64,000 bases of DNA from Rhizophagus irregularis (Eukaryota). Of this stretch, positions 25,001 through 35,240 are shown piece by piece. The position numbers were made by a program, and so were the translations under genes. The notes below the pieces were generated by a model. That model had not been told where the DNA came from. It did not search any database and worked only from the letters and a program-made list of their open reading frames with translations. The DNA is taken from positions 3,906,001 to 3,970,000 of the forward strand of contig NC_089432.1 of assembly GCF_026210795.1 (NCBI RefSeq), read 5' to 3'. Position 1 is the stretch's first letter. Each line of letters opens with the position of its first letter.

Positions 25001-25568
25001 TCTCATATTCTATTTTGGACATTAGTTCCTTTACTTTCTCCCCATTCATAGCTATTCCTTCTTCTTCATATAGTAACTCCCTAAACGTCTCTATTGCTCC
25101 TGTCTTTACTCGTAATGGTCCAATTTCTTTTGATGTGATTCTATACCATTGCCAAAATTTCTCAAACCTTCTTTCAACATCCCAATCTTCCAAAATATAT
25201 TTGTGTTCTATTAATTCAGGATTTCCAATTAATCTATCAAATACTTCATTCCCCAGATTTCTTTCAATACAGTCTCTTACAATTACTAATATAATCGTTC
25301 GTAATCCCCTTTCTTTCATTTTTGGTTGTATTCTATATCTTATTGATTCCGTTATTCTATCCATTATGTCTCTACATTTCCCTTTATGTATTGTATCTTC
25401 CCTTTCTGAATTATTCATACTTAATAAATCTAATACTCCCTTAATCGTTACGTCATTGTATATTATTATTGCATCTTCAAATTTAAATAACGCGTCCCAA
25501 AATTTCTTGAATACTATTGGTTCATTTACTATTGGATAACATAATTCACAATTTAAACATTCATCCAA
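22047..25568 (-). CDS. Gag with a ~630-aa acidic, CxxC-containing N-terminal extension
   Basis: IPLFYGREDEDVTDW; HLRGAAAQWY; MHR-like QGTNESVEEY; degenerate knuckle YFGCNRMGHYKNNC. True start uncertain. Confidence 0.85.
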   Translation of the reverse strand: MDECLNCELCYPIVNEPIVFKKFWDALFKFEDAIIIYNDVTIKGVLDLLSMNNSEREDTIHKGKCRDIMDRITESIRYRIQPKMKERGLRTIILVIVRDCIERNLGNEVFDRLIGNPELIEHKYILEDWDVERRFEKFWQWYRITSKEIGPLRVKTGAIETFRELLYEEEGIAMNGEKVKELMSKIEYENIHIENVHEYHKNMMQKIIRIFIDTRGFTKEPEDSESEDSPASYELENDSKEELEIIIGDKSWKFSELRRRSNVMDEDQLRYIWKIGIKLMIEMDILVTRIFMDKIQEIEELDEREKELRIKEWLEKETIRCEKCGNRRFEMDEADSECGECVKEAQKNEQDELIELRNNLEKLGYEIDVSEIQRMKSFGVNNRIIVTKEFVEEYMEMIDLEDKELRKEIHKWLNQNTTWCERCEIRWMNDMFRLGWMDDMSRVRGMVCKDCEEENIDEIDDRVKRLQKIFEDIGTIITEEELLRLTSMGYTDGEILDKEFIEIFQENKDESEKELKKKLDKLLKEQAGIIDSEESGERSDNEESEEDNTDDSEKIGEILSPDERWDEDIENFNEEEFEDEVENVINRGDSDLSQNSDTNSSLNIKNSDNESELSDYNLQDLFQENILNMATEDQVRRVLENALGYPANTLNAAVGAGGSLIDRIENAGNEAGGTISIPLFYGREDEDVTDWVRQFEVAFAAVGKAAGANGVRQAVYAAAHLRGAAAQWYNEMKEVNAGHLVNWADADNDNDLKHRIKRRFTREDVRRKKMLELRKTRQGTNESVEEYTRRFRQILRIATRGHALADEYQVDFYIEGLEPTIGYQVRRQNPANLNGAIEIAVREEGAKDEFLRKAIGTPISTKIDIGKDDNRQNMFAKPLNENYEDELAEMFKEKAKISKLERMVANMERRLNNDNRDRYQPNMGRRLNNGNRNSYQSNQNRVPTYFGCNRMGHYKNNCPEGRNARVNMMDEYDDQEEYYYDEYGYEDPQYNEVYYAQGYYDDYEDRELNYHNELYAKDDAVKGRRQSRRTSPIVGYKNNNEEGNLQEELREAGNRMDDREIPTGMTAPNYIPERTEQNGDRPIGPKGMRWSNKRQAYYDPTEGLRKWREAGGPMKSREYGPRLTDGIPPYDIVGDVKNCRANITYGQLINGNPKYHKQLREATYRPRSINEKN

Positions 25569-27223
25569 TTCTTCCGTTCCTAATTCGTGTTCTTCTTTAT
25601 GTGTTCTATATTTGCTTTCCCATTGATGGTATCATTCCATTGTATGCTTTAGTTAAATTGCTATGAATATCCATCCAGAATCTCAATCGGATTCCTCTCT
25701 CTATATATATATATTTCACTCTTATCATTTCTATTTTTGATCTTCTAAACATTCTTTCATCTTTAAATAGATTACTTCTTTTAATCTTAGATTCCATCTT
25801 TCGGTTCTATATATTTACTTCGTCATATTTTACTATTAATTTTTGCTGCGCCTCGAAATTTCAAAAATTTTTCTAAGTCCACGATCTCCTCAGGCTGCGG
25901 AGGTTTTTTACTGCGCCATAAAATTTATCTTTTATCACCGATTTCCCTAATTTCACATGTCACATCTTTTCGTCACCGTGATTCATAGTTTCACTTATCA
26001 CCTCTTTTTGTCACATCTTTTTGTCACATCTTTTTGTCACCAAGATCCATAATTTCACATATCACAAACTTTATGAAAATTTTGGAATTTTAAGGTTTGC
26101 GAATTTCCAATCTTTCTTATCGTCCACATAAATCCTTCTTACTATATATTCTATATTATATAAATTAATCTATAACACACAAAATATCGTTCTTTTCAGA
26201 TAAATGTCTTTCTTTTCAAATAAATGTTCTTTTTCAAATAAATGTCCTTCTTTTCGGATTTTACTCTATTATTAAATACTGCACGTAATGTTCATTATAC
26301 GGCTCGTTAATGTGTAAATATCCTTCTATTTTTTTCTTCTTTTAACGGAACATTGTAATGAAAGCGTGAACTAGGACACTACACCAGGAACCCTCATCTG
26401 AAATGTAGCCTAGGACCTGTAACAATACAACGTATCCGTCTTTTCCTCCTTCGTTGGCCGACTCATCTCTTAACGGGTGAATCTAATCTTCCGAAATCCA
26501 GTTTCAAAAGTCATCAGCTACCCATAAAACTCATCTAAACCAACTTTCTTAAATTGGTGGACCTATACTGAGCTTATCTCTATCTTTTACCCGCTGGAGA
26601 TACCCCACATTGAAATAAAAGCACGACAGTTTTCAGGTTTGTCCCATTTTATCCATCCAATGTTTCTTGATAGTAGGTGTCTTTACAATTTTCATTCCCC
26701 GTCCCCAAAGCAATTCACGTGTTATTGAGCTGGGTATCCAGATTTGACGTAACCCATACGTTATAATCTTTAATGTCGAAGAATAAAAATTTTCCAATCT
26801 CGAGCATTTATCCAAAATCCAAACTCAGAGGTAACCCATACCACACAGATGAACCCCGGATAATACATTGGTGTTCTCCCATTATTAATCTTTATTTCAA
26901 AATCCATCTTTCACTTCCACATCTCCTTATGAAATTTCTCAGGTACTTTATTCCCGAAAGAAATATTCTTGTGCTTTCTATCGATTAAATGATTACTTGC
27001 ACAACTTCAAACTTCAATCTTTCACCTTTTCAAGTTTTTAACTCGATTAAATCCTTGTTGATTTATTGGTTCCTTTTGAACTCGTCAAAACCTGAAATCT
27101 AAAAATAAATTCTAAAATAAAATATTGATTAATAATACCTATCAGTGACTTACTAACGAAATTAAATTTTCATATTCATTATAATAATAATAATCATGTG
27201 ATGATGATCATTTCCTTTCTTGC

Positions 27224-27235
27224 GAGCATGCACCA
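27224..27235 (-). promoter_or_regulatory. Primer binding site TGGTGCATGCTC, element 1
   Basis: Starts 2 nt inside the 5' LTR boundary. Identical 12-mer in element 2 (61661-61672). Confidence 0.88.
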
Positions 27236-27237
27236 TA

Positions 27238-28459
27238 TGAGATCCCCCAATTCCCCCTGTCATCAATTTACAAGGTTGCCACATCGAACGGGCATTCTCA
27301 TGGTCGAACGAACGAATGAGCGAACAAACAAACGAACGAACGAGCAATCAAACGAACAAACACGTGATCAAAACATAATTAACGAACAACAACATCAGCG
27401 AACAATATACAACAACATTCTTGGTTCACAAAATAAATAGCGTTAGCAATATAAAGCGTTGAACGGTATAAAATAAAATTAACTTCTCTGAATTTTCCTC
27501 AATTTATATCCACTTTCGATTTCAAACTGCGATAGCTCTCGCTACGAATTATTATCTTCCAAAGGTATATATTTAATTCATCTTAAATTTTCATTAATTA
27601 AAATTAATTAATCAAACATTAATTAAAGTTTAGGGCGAACCTATTACCTTTAATTAATATTAAACTTCATTAATAATTAAAAAATAAAACTTATATTTTA
27701 TTGAGTTCTGTGGATGCGAACTATGGAATTACTTTGAATTCCGTTCTCTATATATACAATTCTTATGCTATTTTCTATTCTATCTATATACTATCTTTTA
27801 TGTTCTTTACATATTATCTTTGAACTATCTTTCTAATATACTATCTATATTTTAAATACGCTATCTTTTAATATGCTATCTTTTATATTATTTTATATGT
27901 TATCTTTTCTATTATTCAAATATTACATCGCAAAGAAATAATTTATAACCCATCTTTTATGGCTGTGCTACCTTTTCTTTAAATAATCTTTCAAATATTA
28001 TGTCGTAAAGATATAATTCGTCTTTTGTGGCTGTGTTATCTTTTATATATGTTATCTTTTATATTCCATCTTTATGCCATCTTTTCATATTATCTTCTAT
28101 ATTATTTTGTGTTCTCCAATCTTTCCGACATTATTTTATATATTCTTTTAATCCACTTTATGTGTTTCGCTCATAATCTACCTTTTGTGGCTTATAATTA
28201 TTCTTTCTTGTCGTTCTCATTGTTAAAGATCGCTAAGCCGCAAATGATCGACTCTATTTATCCTATTGGTTCTTTGTCAATCATTCAATAAATATTACAT
28301 CATGTAGATCATTACTCTTCTTAAATGTTTATCCTTTTCGGCTAATTATTTATCCATCCACGCCAATCCACGATTAATTCGTTCGTTCTTAATACTTGAT
28401 AATTACATTTGGTGGTTGAATTTTATCTTCTTTTCGTACTTGATATTTGGCCGTTTACA
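27238..28459 (-). repeat. 5' LTR of Gypsy element 1 (1222 bp)
   Basis: Direct repeat of 16850-18070. Confidence 0.95.
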
Positions 28460-28745
28460 ACGGCATACGTCACGTCAAGATACAACATATGCTGTAACAC
28501 AAGAAAAAAAAATTTTTCATATCAAACCTACTTAAACCTACTTGTAATGATCAATTACTACAGTAATTGCCATACTTAATTTTGGCTGAAAGTACAATTT
28601 GGCTAGAGTTAAAATTAAAATTACTACCTTACTACCCCATACGTCAATACGGCAAAATATTTGAAAAGTAGTATCTTCTTACTACATTGACATATTGACG
28701 TATAAGGTAACTACCTTAAGATATGTCTGCAACCTTAGAGGCAAG

Positions 28746-30615
28746 GAAGCTTTAGCAGAGGGTTGAATGTTAAGCGGAACATGAGATATGGGGGCATCAT
28801 CTTGCATAAGATCCAGATCAGGTTCATTGGGTGTAGGAAGCGGGTCAAGGCCAAGGTGTGTTTCGATTCGAGCCATCCATTGGTCAGCGAGTTCAAGAGC
28901 GGAGATGCGTTTATGAAAATTTGCAACTTCACATTGCAATTCACGCAAAAGGTTTAAGATGTTGTTGGCATCATCAGAAGATAATGCAGAATTTGGAGTT
29001 TGTCAGGACAAGGTGCGTGTAATAGAACGAGAGGAGGAAGAAAAAGAGACCGATCGTTCTTTACTATTATGCCAGGCACGTCGTGAGGTATTGGGATTGG
29101 GTATATTATTATTATTAACATTGTTATTGTGGTCTTGAGAATTATTAATATCACGTCTGGAGTTAGAAGCTGATCGATCTTTTGATTTTGAGCGAGATCG
29201 GGAGCAAGAACGTGAATTAGCAGCATTGGGATTGGAGCGGCGAGGAGGTTGATTGACATTAAATTGCTCTTTGAGTTTAATTACGGGGTCGTGAGTACGA
29301 GTATAACCTCTAGTTTGTTTGAGTGGGCAGAAATTCGGGGCACAACCTAATTTGCCACATCTGTGACAAAGTTTATTAGTATTATCTGGGGAGAACCAAA
29401 AAAGCACCTTGTCTTGGAAGCTGACAGTTTGTTCCATAGCAGCATCCATGGTTTCTTGGGAATTGAAAGTAACGTAGGCCCATCTTTTGGGTTTGTATGA
29501 ATTTAAGGAAAGCAGTACATTGACAGCTTTAGCACCAAGGTCACGAGTAAGAGGAGCCAAGTTGATATCCTTAACATTGGGGAGAAGTTGAGTGAGGGTG
29601 GCGACGTATTATTGGCGTGCAGCCTTTTGATCCACAGTATAGAAGCATGGAGTGATCCTAAGACAAGTGGAGAAACAGTATACAGCCCATTGATCAGTAA
29701 AGCGAGCAATCGAATCGGCATGATCATAAACGATACGAGCTTGTTGGACTTTGGCATTAGGCCTAGAAAAAAGGCGGCAAGAGGTGATATTTCCAAATTT
29801 TTTGAAGTAAGCCATTAGATTATCCTTTTTAATAAAGAAAGGGATATCGGTAACTTGGATAGCCCGTTGATCTTCATTAGAGCGAAGTTGGCGAGGGTCA
29901 TGGGCATGAAAGATCAAGTCAGGGAACTCAGGATGAGTAGAACCAACACACAAATCACGTGCTTCATCGGTATGGAAGTGGATAATGAGGCGTTTAGCTT
30001 CGCCAGAACCAGTCATACGAGCTTTTCCAGTGAATGACTCGTATGTTTCTAAAAAAAGGTTAGGTTATTAACAGCCTCGATAAGGGCTTTATTGGTAGGG
30101 AATTTCTTGAGAGATTCAGAGGCAGCATTCGGCACAGCCGCAGCCTAAAAATCATCTCTGGTTATGGCGAGGGTCACCACTGGATCGGGAGTATGATCAC
30201 CATCTGGAACACCAGTGATATCCATATTAGGCGACGCGTTAGGGGGTTGTTGCAAGTCTTTATTAGAAGGTGCATGCATAGACGCATCCACATTTCTAGA
30301 AGACACGACGTGACTGGGCGCAGATGGCGCAGCAGATTTTTTCAGGGAGGAGGTCAAAGTATTTTCGCCAGAGACATTTTGTTGAGGAGAAGAGGAAGGT
30401 CCATTTACTCCAACGTCAGTTATCTGGGTATCGGCAACGTAGTCTTCTTCCATAGAATTTTCAGTAATCGTACGATTACGTTTCTGCTGGATAGTGTTTT
30501 CACCATCGGAGCTTGAATTATCAGAGTTATTATTATTTTTTCATTCTTGACAGGAAGCTTTCCTACTGTTAGGGTTATGACTTCCACGGCCTCTCTTGGC
30601 ATAGTTACCAGACAT
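28746..30615 (-). pseudogene. LINE ORF1, N-terminal and main part (RRM-like domains and zinc knuckle)
   Basis: ATG at 30615 is in frame with ORF 30453. IQVTDIPFF..FKKFGNI; WAYVTFNS; CHRCGKLGCAPNFC; RS-rich region; several stops and frameshifts. Confidence 0.82.
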
Positions 30616-30746
30616 AGTAGAGGGCTTTGAGTTGGAAATATATAAAATATAAAATTTTATTAGTAGCTTGTATTATTTTTTAAAAATAATAAAAAATTAT
30701 TTTCGTCGAAAATTTTCATTTTTGAAAAATTCAGGAGAGAGTTACT

Positions 30747-31040
30747 ACTGGTTAAAAACTAATATATCAGGTAGCAGATATGTATCAGATATGTACCTGA
30801 TATGTGTAGTATTAATGCTGAAAATCGGGTACCCAATATGTGTAAGATATGTGTAAATATATATATTATATACATATCGGTACCCGATATGTATATGATA
30901 TGTAAATGATATGTAGACGATATATATATTTACACATATCTTATACATATCGGGTACCCGATTTTCAGCATTAATACTACACATATCAGGTACATATCTG
31001 ATACATATCTGCTACCTGATATATTAGTTTTTGATCAGTA
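30747..31040. mobile_element. Foldback MITE related to the CACTA-type MITE at 33164
   Basis: ~130-bp inverted arms (actggttaaaaactaatatatcagg... / ...cctgatatattagtttttgatcagt). Shares catatcgggtacc and gatatgtgta units with 33164-33440. Exact left end ambiguous. Confidence 0.8.
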
Positions 31041-31049
31041 GTAGCAGTG

Positions 31050-31500
31050 AATTCTCTCCTACAAAAAATATAAAAAACAAACTGGAAATGAGCCATGGCA
31101 ATTATTGGAAGCTGTGATAGATATGTTAGCAGAACTGGTCCCTTGCCCTAAGCGCCTTGGGCTGGGACTACCTCAAGCCTCTGATTTCAAGCCTATCACC
31201 TTCGAAGCCAGACCTGATCCAGAATCAATTATCCAGTTAGTCTTAGAGCACTTCCCATACTTGAAATTCGGAAATAGTTTCAGAGGGATTGATAATTATG
31301 ATTTTACATCACCTCAGCCGTGAAGCTCACCATGTCCTATTTGCGATGGAAAATATGCAAAAATGGGAATCAGTTCCCTTATGATCCTGAATTAGCGAAG
31401 TTGCTATCTCAAAATAAGTTGGAATATTGTCTTACCTGCAACACTTTAAGCAATAAACTCAAGTTCGCGATTGTGGCTTAGACCAGAGGAATTATGAAGA
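31050..31500 (+). pseudogene. Fragment of an unidentified gene
   Basis: Coding-like frame YKKYKKQTGNEPW...LEHFPYLKF...*SSPCPICDGK; no start; interrupted. Confidence 0.35.
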
Positions 31501-31939
31501 AAAAATATTCGTATATTATTTCATTTCTTTTTTTTCAAATCTCGTAGGTGGCTTATGCAAAGAAACTGGAATCAGAGCAGTAATCCTGCACCCGTGATGT
31601 AACTAGGACCCCGGAAAATACTTATATAGGTAAGGTCCCAAAAATATTTTTTATTAGTAGCTCTAAGCATAGGTTTTTACTATGATCACTAAGCATTGTT
31701 GATATCTAACCTTAAAAATTATATAAAAATAAGCAAATCAATCTTCTAACCTAATTAAATTTTTATTATAACACATATAATTTATAAAATATATTTATAA
31801 TTAATATATTTTATTAAATCCAATTTTAAATATGTTGTAAAGCTAAACTAAACATAATATACAAGTAGATTAACAATATTCAATTAATAAAGTTAATAAA
31901 TAGTAAAAGAAAAATTCGAAATTAATACTATTACAATAA

Positions 31940-32430
31940 ATGTAAATTTCTCCATAAGTATTATACTTACACCCATAAAAATTAATATGTAGGTAGTTTC
32001 GACCTTGCTGAACAATTTTCAATTAATTTAGAAAGTCGATTTCATTTGACCAAAGGGGTGTAATTACGCTCTGAAGTTATAAACGGAGAAATGAAAAATT
32101 CGGAAGTTAGTACCGTTATGAAAAATGCACTTTTCTCCATAAGTATTATACCCACACTCATGAAAATTAATATATAAGTAGTTTCGACCTTGCTGAACAA
32201 CTTTCAATTAATTTAGAAAGTCGATTTCATTTGACTGAAGTGGTGTAATTACGCTCTGAAGTTGTAAATGAAAAAGTGAAAAATTTAAAATTATTACCGT
32301 TATAAAAAATATGCTTTTCTATATAAATATCATACTTAGCCTTATGAAAATTAAAATACAAGTAGATTTAACTTGCTGAACAACCTTACTTAAGCATAAA
32401 AGATAATTTGATATAACCAAAGTGGTGAGT
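31940..32430. repeat. ~185-bp direct repeat, about 3 diverged copies
   Basis: ttctccataagtattatac...gtagtttcgaccttgctgaacaa...ttagaaagtcgatttcatttgac recurs at ~31948, ~32133 and ~32317. Confidence 0.8.
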
Positions 32431-33163
32431 AGTGAAATTATATTTTAAAGTAAAACATATTTACAGTAATTTTATTTAAAAAATAAACATGTATAATATA
32501 GTAATTTTATATTAAAAATAATACACTGAGTTTAATAAAAATTAAAAATAAAACATTGAAAAAAAAAACTGAAATTTCATCAAAAAAAAATTTTTGTTTA
32601 TGTATTTATATAAAATCGTGAAATGTAGTACAAAATTAATATTTACCGTTAGTGAAAATAAAATAAAAATTAATTATAAATTCAATATATAACAGTCAGT
32701 GGAAATGTCATTTCTCTTGCCGATCATTAATTAAAATAATTTTGTGTAACCATAATTGAATATATCACCACGTAGCTAAAAAAAGAAATTTTTAATACAA
32801 TACTTATACAAATTAAGTAAATTAATAGTTCATCATGTGTAATATAAATATTCGTCATCATTTCCTCTTTAGTAATATTTTTTTTTTTCTTTACATATTA
32901 CAAGAAAGTTCGTCTTAAAAATGAAGTTTTCCTCAAAATGCAACTTAAAGGTGGGTATAAAATACAATTTAAATAACGCAAATATATGTAATTTTACGAG
33001 AAGAAAAAGATTTATTAAGTTAAAAAAGGCAGTTATTTAGGGAGATTTTGTGTAAACTGCAAAAAACCAATTTTTATAATAAAAAAAATTTTTCTTGATT
33101 TCAATAAAACTCTTAACAAAAGCTTTCTTAACCAGCAATTATTTCATTTTTAGGTATAATTTG

Positions 33164-33440
33164 CACTGGTCAAAAAATGATCTATCCTACACATATCCTA
33201 CACATATCTTACACATATCGGGTACCTAAAATGCGGAAAATCCTACACATATCCTATACATATCGGGTACTTATATATATCCTACATATATCGGGTACCT
33301 GATATGTGTATGATATGTGTAGGATATATATAAGTACCCGATATGTATAGGATATGTGTAGGATTTTCCGCATTTTAGGTACCCGATATGTGTAAGATAT
33401 GTGTAGGATATGTGTAGGATAGATCATTTTTTGACCAGTG
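33164..33440. mobile_element. CACTA/EnSpm-type foldback MITE (277 bp)
   Basis: Ends cactggtcaaaaaa / ttttttgaccagtg; ~129-bp near-perfect arms; 3-bp TSD ttg at 33161-33163 and 33441-33443. Confidence 0.92.
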
Positions 33441-34609
33441 TTGGTGAAATGAACAACTTTTGTTAAGCTTAGAATGGTGATTATTAAGCTAGATTTTTTG
33501 TTATTTATAAATTTTGTTGAATTTTTTAATTATAGTGCTAATAAAAAAAATTTTTTTTATTAGAATAATATTATTAGGTCTATTTGGGCGTTATAAATGA
33601 GGTTTAATTGCAAAAATAGTTAAATATTATGTTTTTATTTGTTTATTTAAATTAGACATTTAATGCTTAATTCTTAATATTATAGTAATCATGTAAATTA
33701 TTATAACATTAAAAAAAACTTTAAAATTTTTAATTTTAGTTCGTTTAACAAGAAAATAAAACAAAAATTATTTATTCATAGAAAAATTCTTATTGACTAT
33801 TAGGTCTATTTACTTTGTTAAGTCATAAATACAAATAGTATAATATGAATAAGTAAAATATTTTTTTATATATATAAAAAGTATCTAAAGTAGCGTTAAA
33901 ATAAAAGATATTTATTGAATATTTAAAAAAAATAAGCAAAAGAATAAGGTTAAATAAATTTTCTTAATTTTTATTAGTTTGTTGTATTAAAATAACCATA
34001 TAATTGACTACTTTCTTTGGCCAGATGCAACCGAATAAAGTGAAGTTTTTGACTTTTAAAAGGTTTAAAAATATTTTTCAAACCTTGAACGAACATGTTT
34101 ACTATTATTGGAAAAAATGTTACATTGCATAAATATGGTGTTACCTTTGACCTAAAAATTTCGATTTTAATGTAATTTAGGCCGGCATTACGAATTCGGC
34201 CAGAATTAAGAAAATTTCGGCCAGAATTAAGATCTGAAAATTGTCGATTTTAGCCATTTGTACTAACTTTGGCCAACCTTAAGTTTACATATATACTATA
34301 TGCCATATAGCCATACTGTCCCAATAATTTATATTGAGATATCATAGTACAAAAAATCTCCCTCTAATTTTTGGGAACATTTCCACTGACTGATAATAAT
34401 TTAAAAAGTTCTATAAATATGAAAAATAAGCAACTAGAAACTCTTAGTATTTTAAAATAATACCAAAAATATGCAATTTAATTATTTTACATAGTATAAA
34501 ATTTTCTCAAAATTAAGCATTATAAAATTCTTACATCATAAAATTTTTCTATGTTGGCTAAGCACCTTGGTACCTTACATATATAAGCATTTTCCGGGGT
34601 CCTGCTAGC

Positions 34610-35146
34610 ACCACCTACCTCCGGGTCTACGACCCGTCGCAGTACCTATATGGCCCCTATGGGGCTCAGGTATCCTCCATATATACTACCACCATGGCCA
34701 CAGCTGGCGCTGGTCACACTACTTTCCAACTCCTTTTTTTATCCATTTTTTCTTATACATAAAACTACTATGACCACTATGACCACTATGACCAGACTAC
34801 TAAAAAGTGGATAAAAATGCGAATAAAGCCAAAATCAGACAGAATATCCGGTCATAGTACTGGCCACAGTTCGAAAAACTTATGATAATACTATGGCCAC
34901 CTTAGTTAGCCCCTCAGGCTCTAAAACCCGATTTAAGCTATGACCACCCTTTATCTACATATCTGAGACACCGAACTATGCCACCGAACTATGACCACTG
35001 AACTATGACCACCGAACTATGACCGCCGAACTATGACCACCCTTTATCTATTTACCTGGAACACCGAACTACGACCGCTGAACTACGACCACCGAACTAC
35101 GGCCACTTTCCCCGTCAGAAAAAATAAGTAATTGAACAATGGGTAT
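34610..35146 (+). repeat. Left TIR of the Maverick-like element
   Basis: Reverse complement of 49682-50250. Begins accacc; contains 9-bp actatgacc and 14-bp gaactatgaccacc arrays. Confidence 0.95.
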
Positions 35147-35240
35147 ACCATAAGTAATATACAATAATGAACTTACACGCAGCCACTTCTCTTGCCAAAG
35201 ACCTTGGTCTCGATCTTGTAGACATTTATGGATTTCATAA

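Larger units (their letters stand above)
16850..28459 (-). mobile_element. Ty3/Gypsy LTR retrotransposon, element 1 (11.6 kb)
   Basis: Two near-identical TG..CA LTRs; 4-bp TSD acgg at 16846-16849 and 28460-28463; PBS and PPT present; order gag-PR-RT-RH-IN. Confidence 0.97.
16806..28737. mobile_element. hAT-type MITE (~318 bp of own sequence: 16806-16849 + 28464-28737), split by Gypsy element 1
   Basis: TIRs tagggttgcagacat (16806-16820) / atgtctgcaacctta (28723-28737). TSD ggggcaag / gaggcaag (7 of 8 match). Subterminal ggtagttacctta / taaggtaactacc. Confidence 0.85.
10074..30746 (-). mobile_element. Full-length non-LTR retrotransposon (LINE; ORF1 + APE-RT-RNaseH ORF2), interrupted by nested insertions
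   Basis: ORF1 and ORF2 rejoin when the nested elements are removed. Flanked by the 15-bp direct repeat actggttaaaaacta (10059-10073 and 30747-30761). Confidence 0.85.
31605..34603. mobile_element. 3-kb non-autonomous TIR DNA transposon (AGGACCCC ends)
   Basis: TIRs aggaccccggaaaatacttatataggtaaggtcccaa / ttggtaccttacatatataagcattttccggggtcct. Same TIR family as 35337-36003. Flanks do not match as a TSD. Confidence 0.75.

Noticed and set aside
18949..25539. Numerous plus-strand Leu/Phe/Ser-rich ORFs opposite gag-pol (also at 53704-59933)
   Set aside because: Antisense shadows of purine-rich coding strands.
26350..27060. Extra or env-like ORF in the element 1 leader
   Set aside because: Somewhat GC-richer, but only short frames (about 70 aa or less) with no recognisable motif.
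31044..31500. Continuation of the hAT transposase after the nested insertions
   Set aside because: No frame resembles the hAT C-terminal dimerisation region; the sequence belongs to a different gene fragment.
34180..34280. Left subterminal region matching the CACTA end at 63507 (shared aattcggccaga)
   Set aside because: No CACTA terminus or TSD nearby, and it lies inside a different TIR element.
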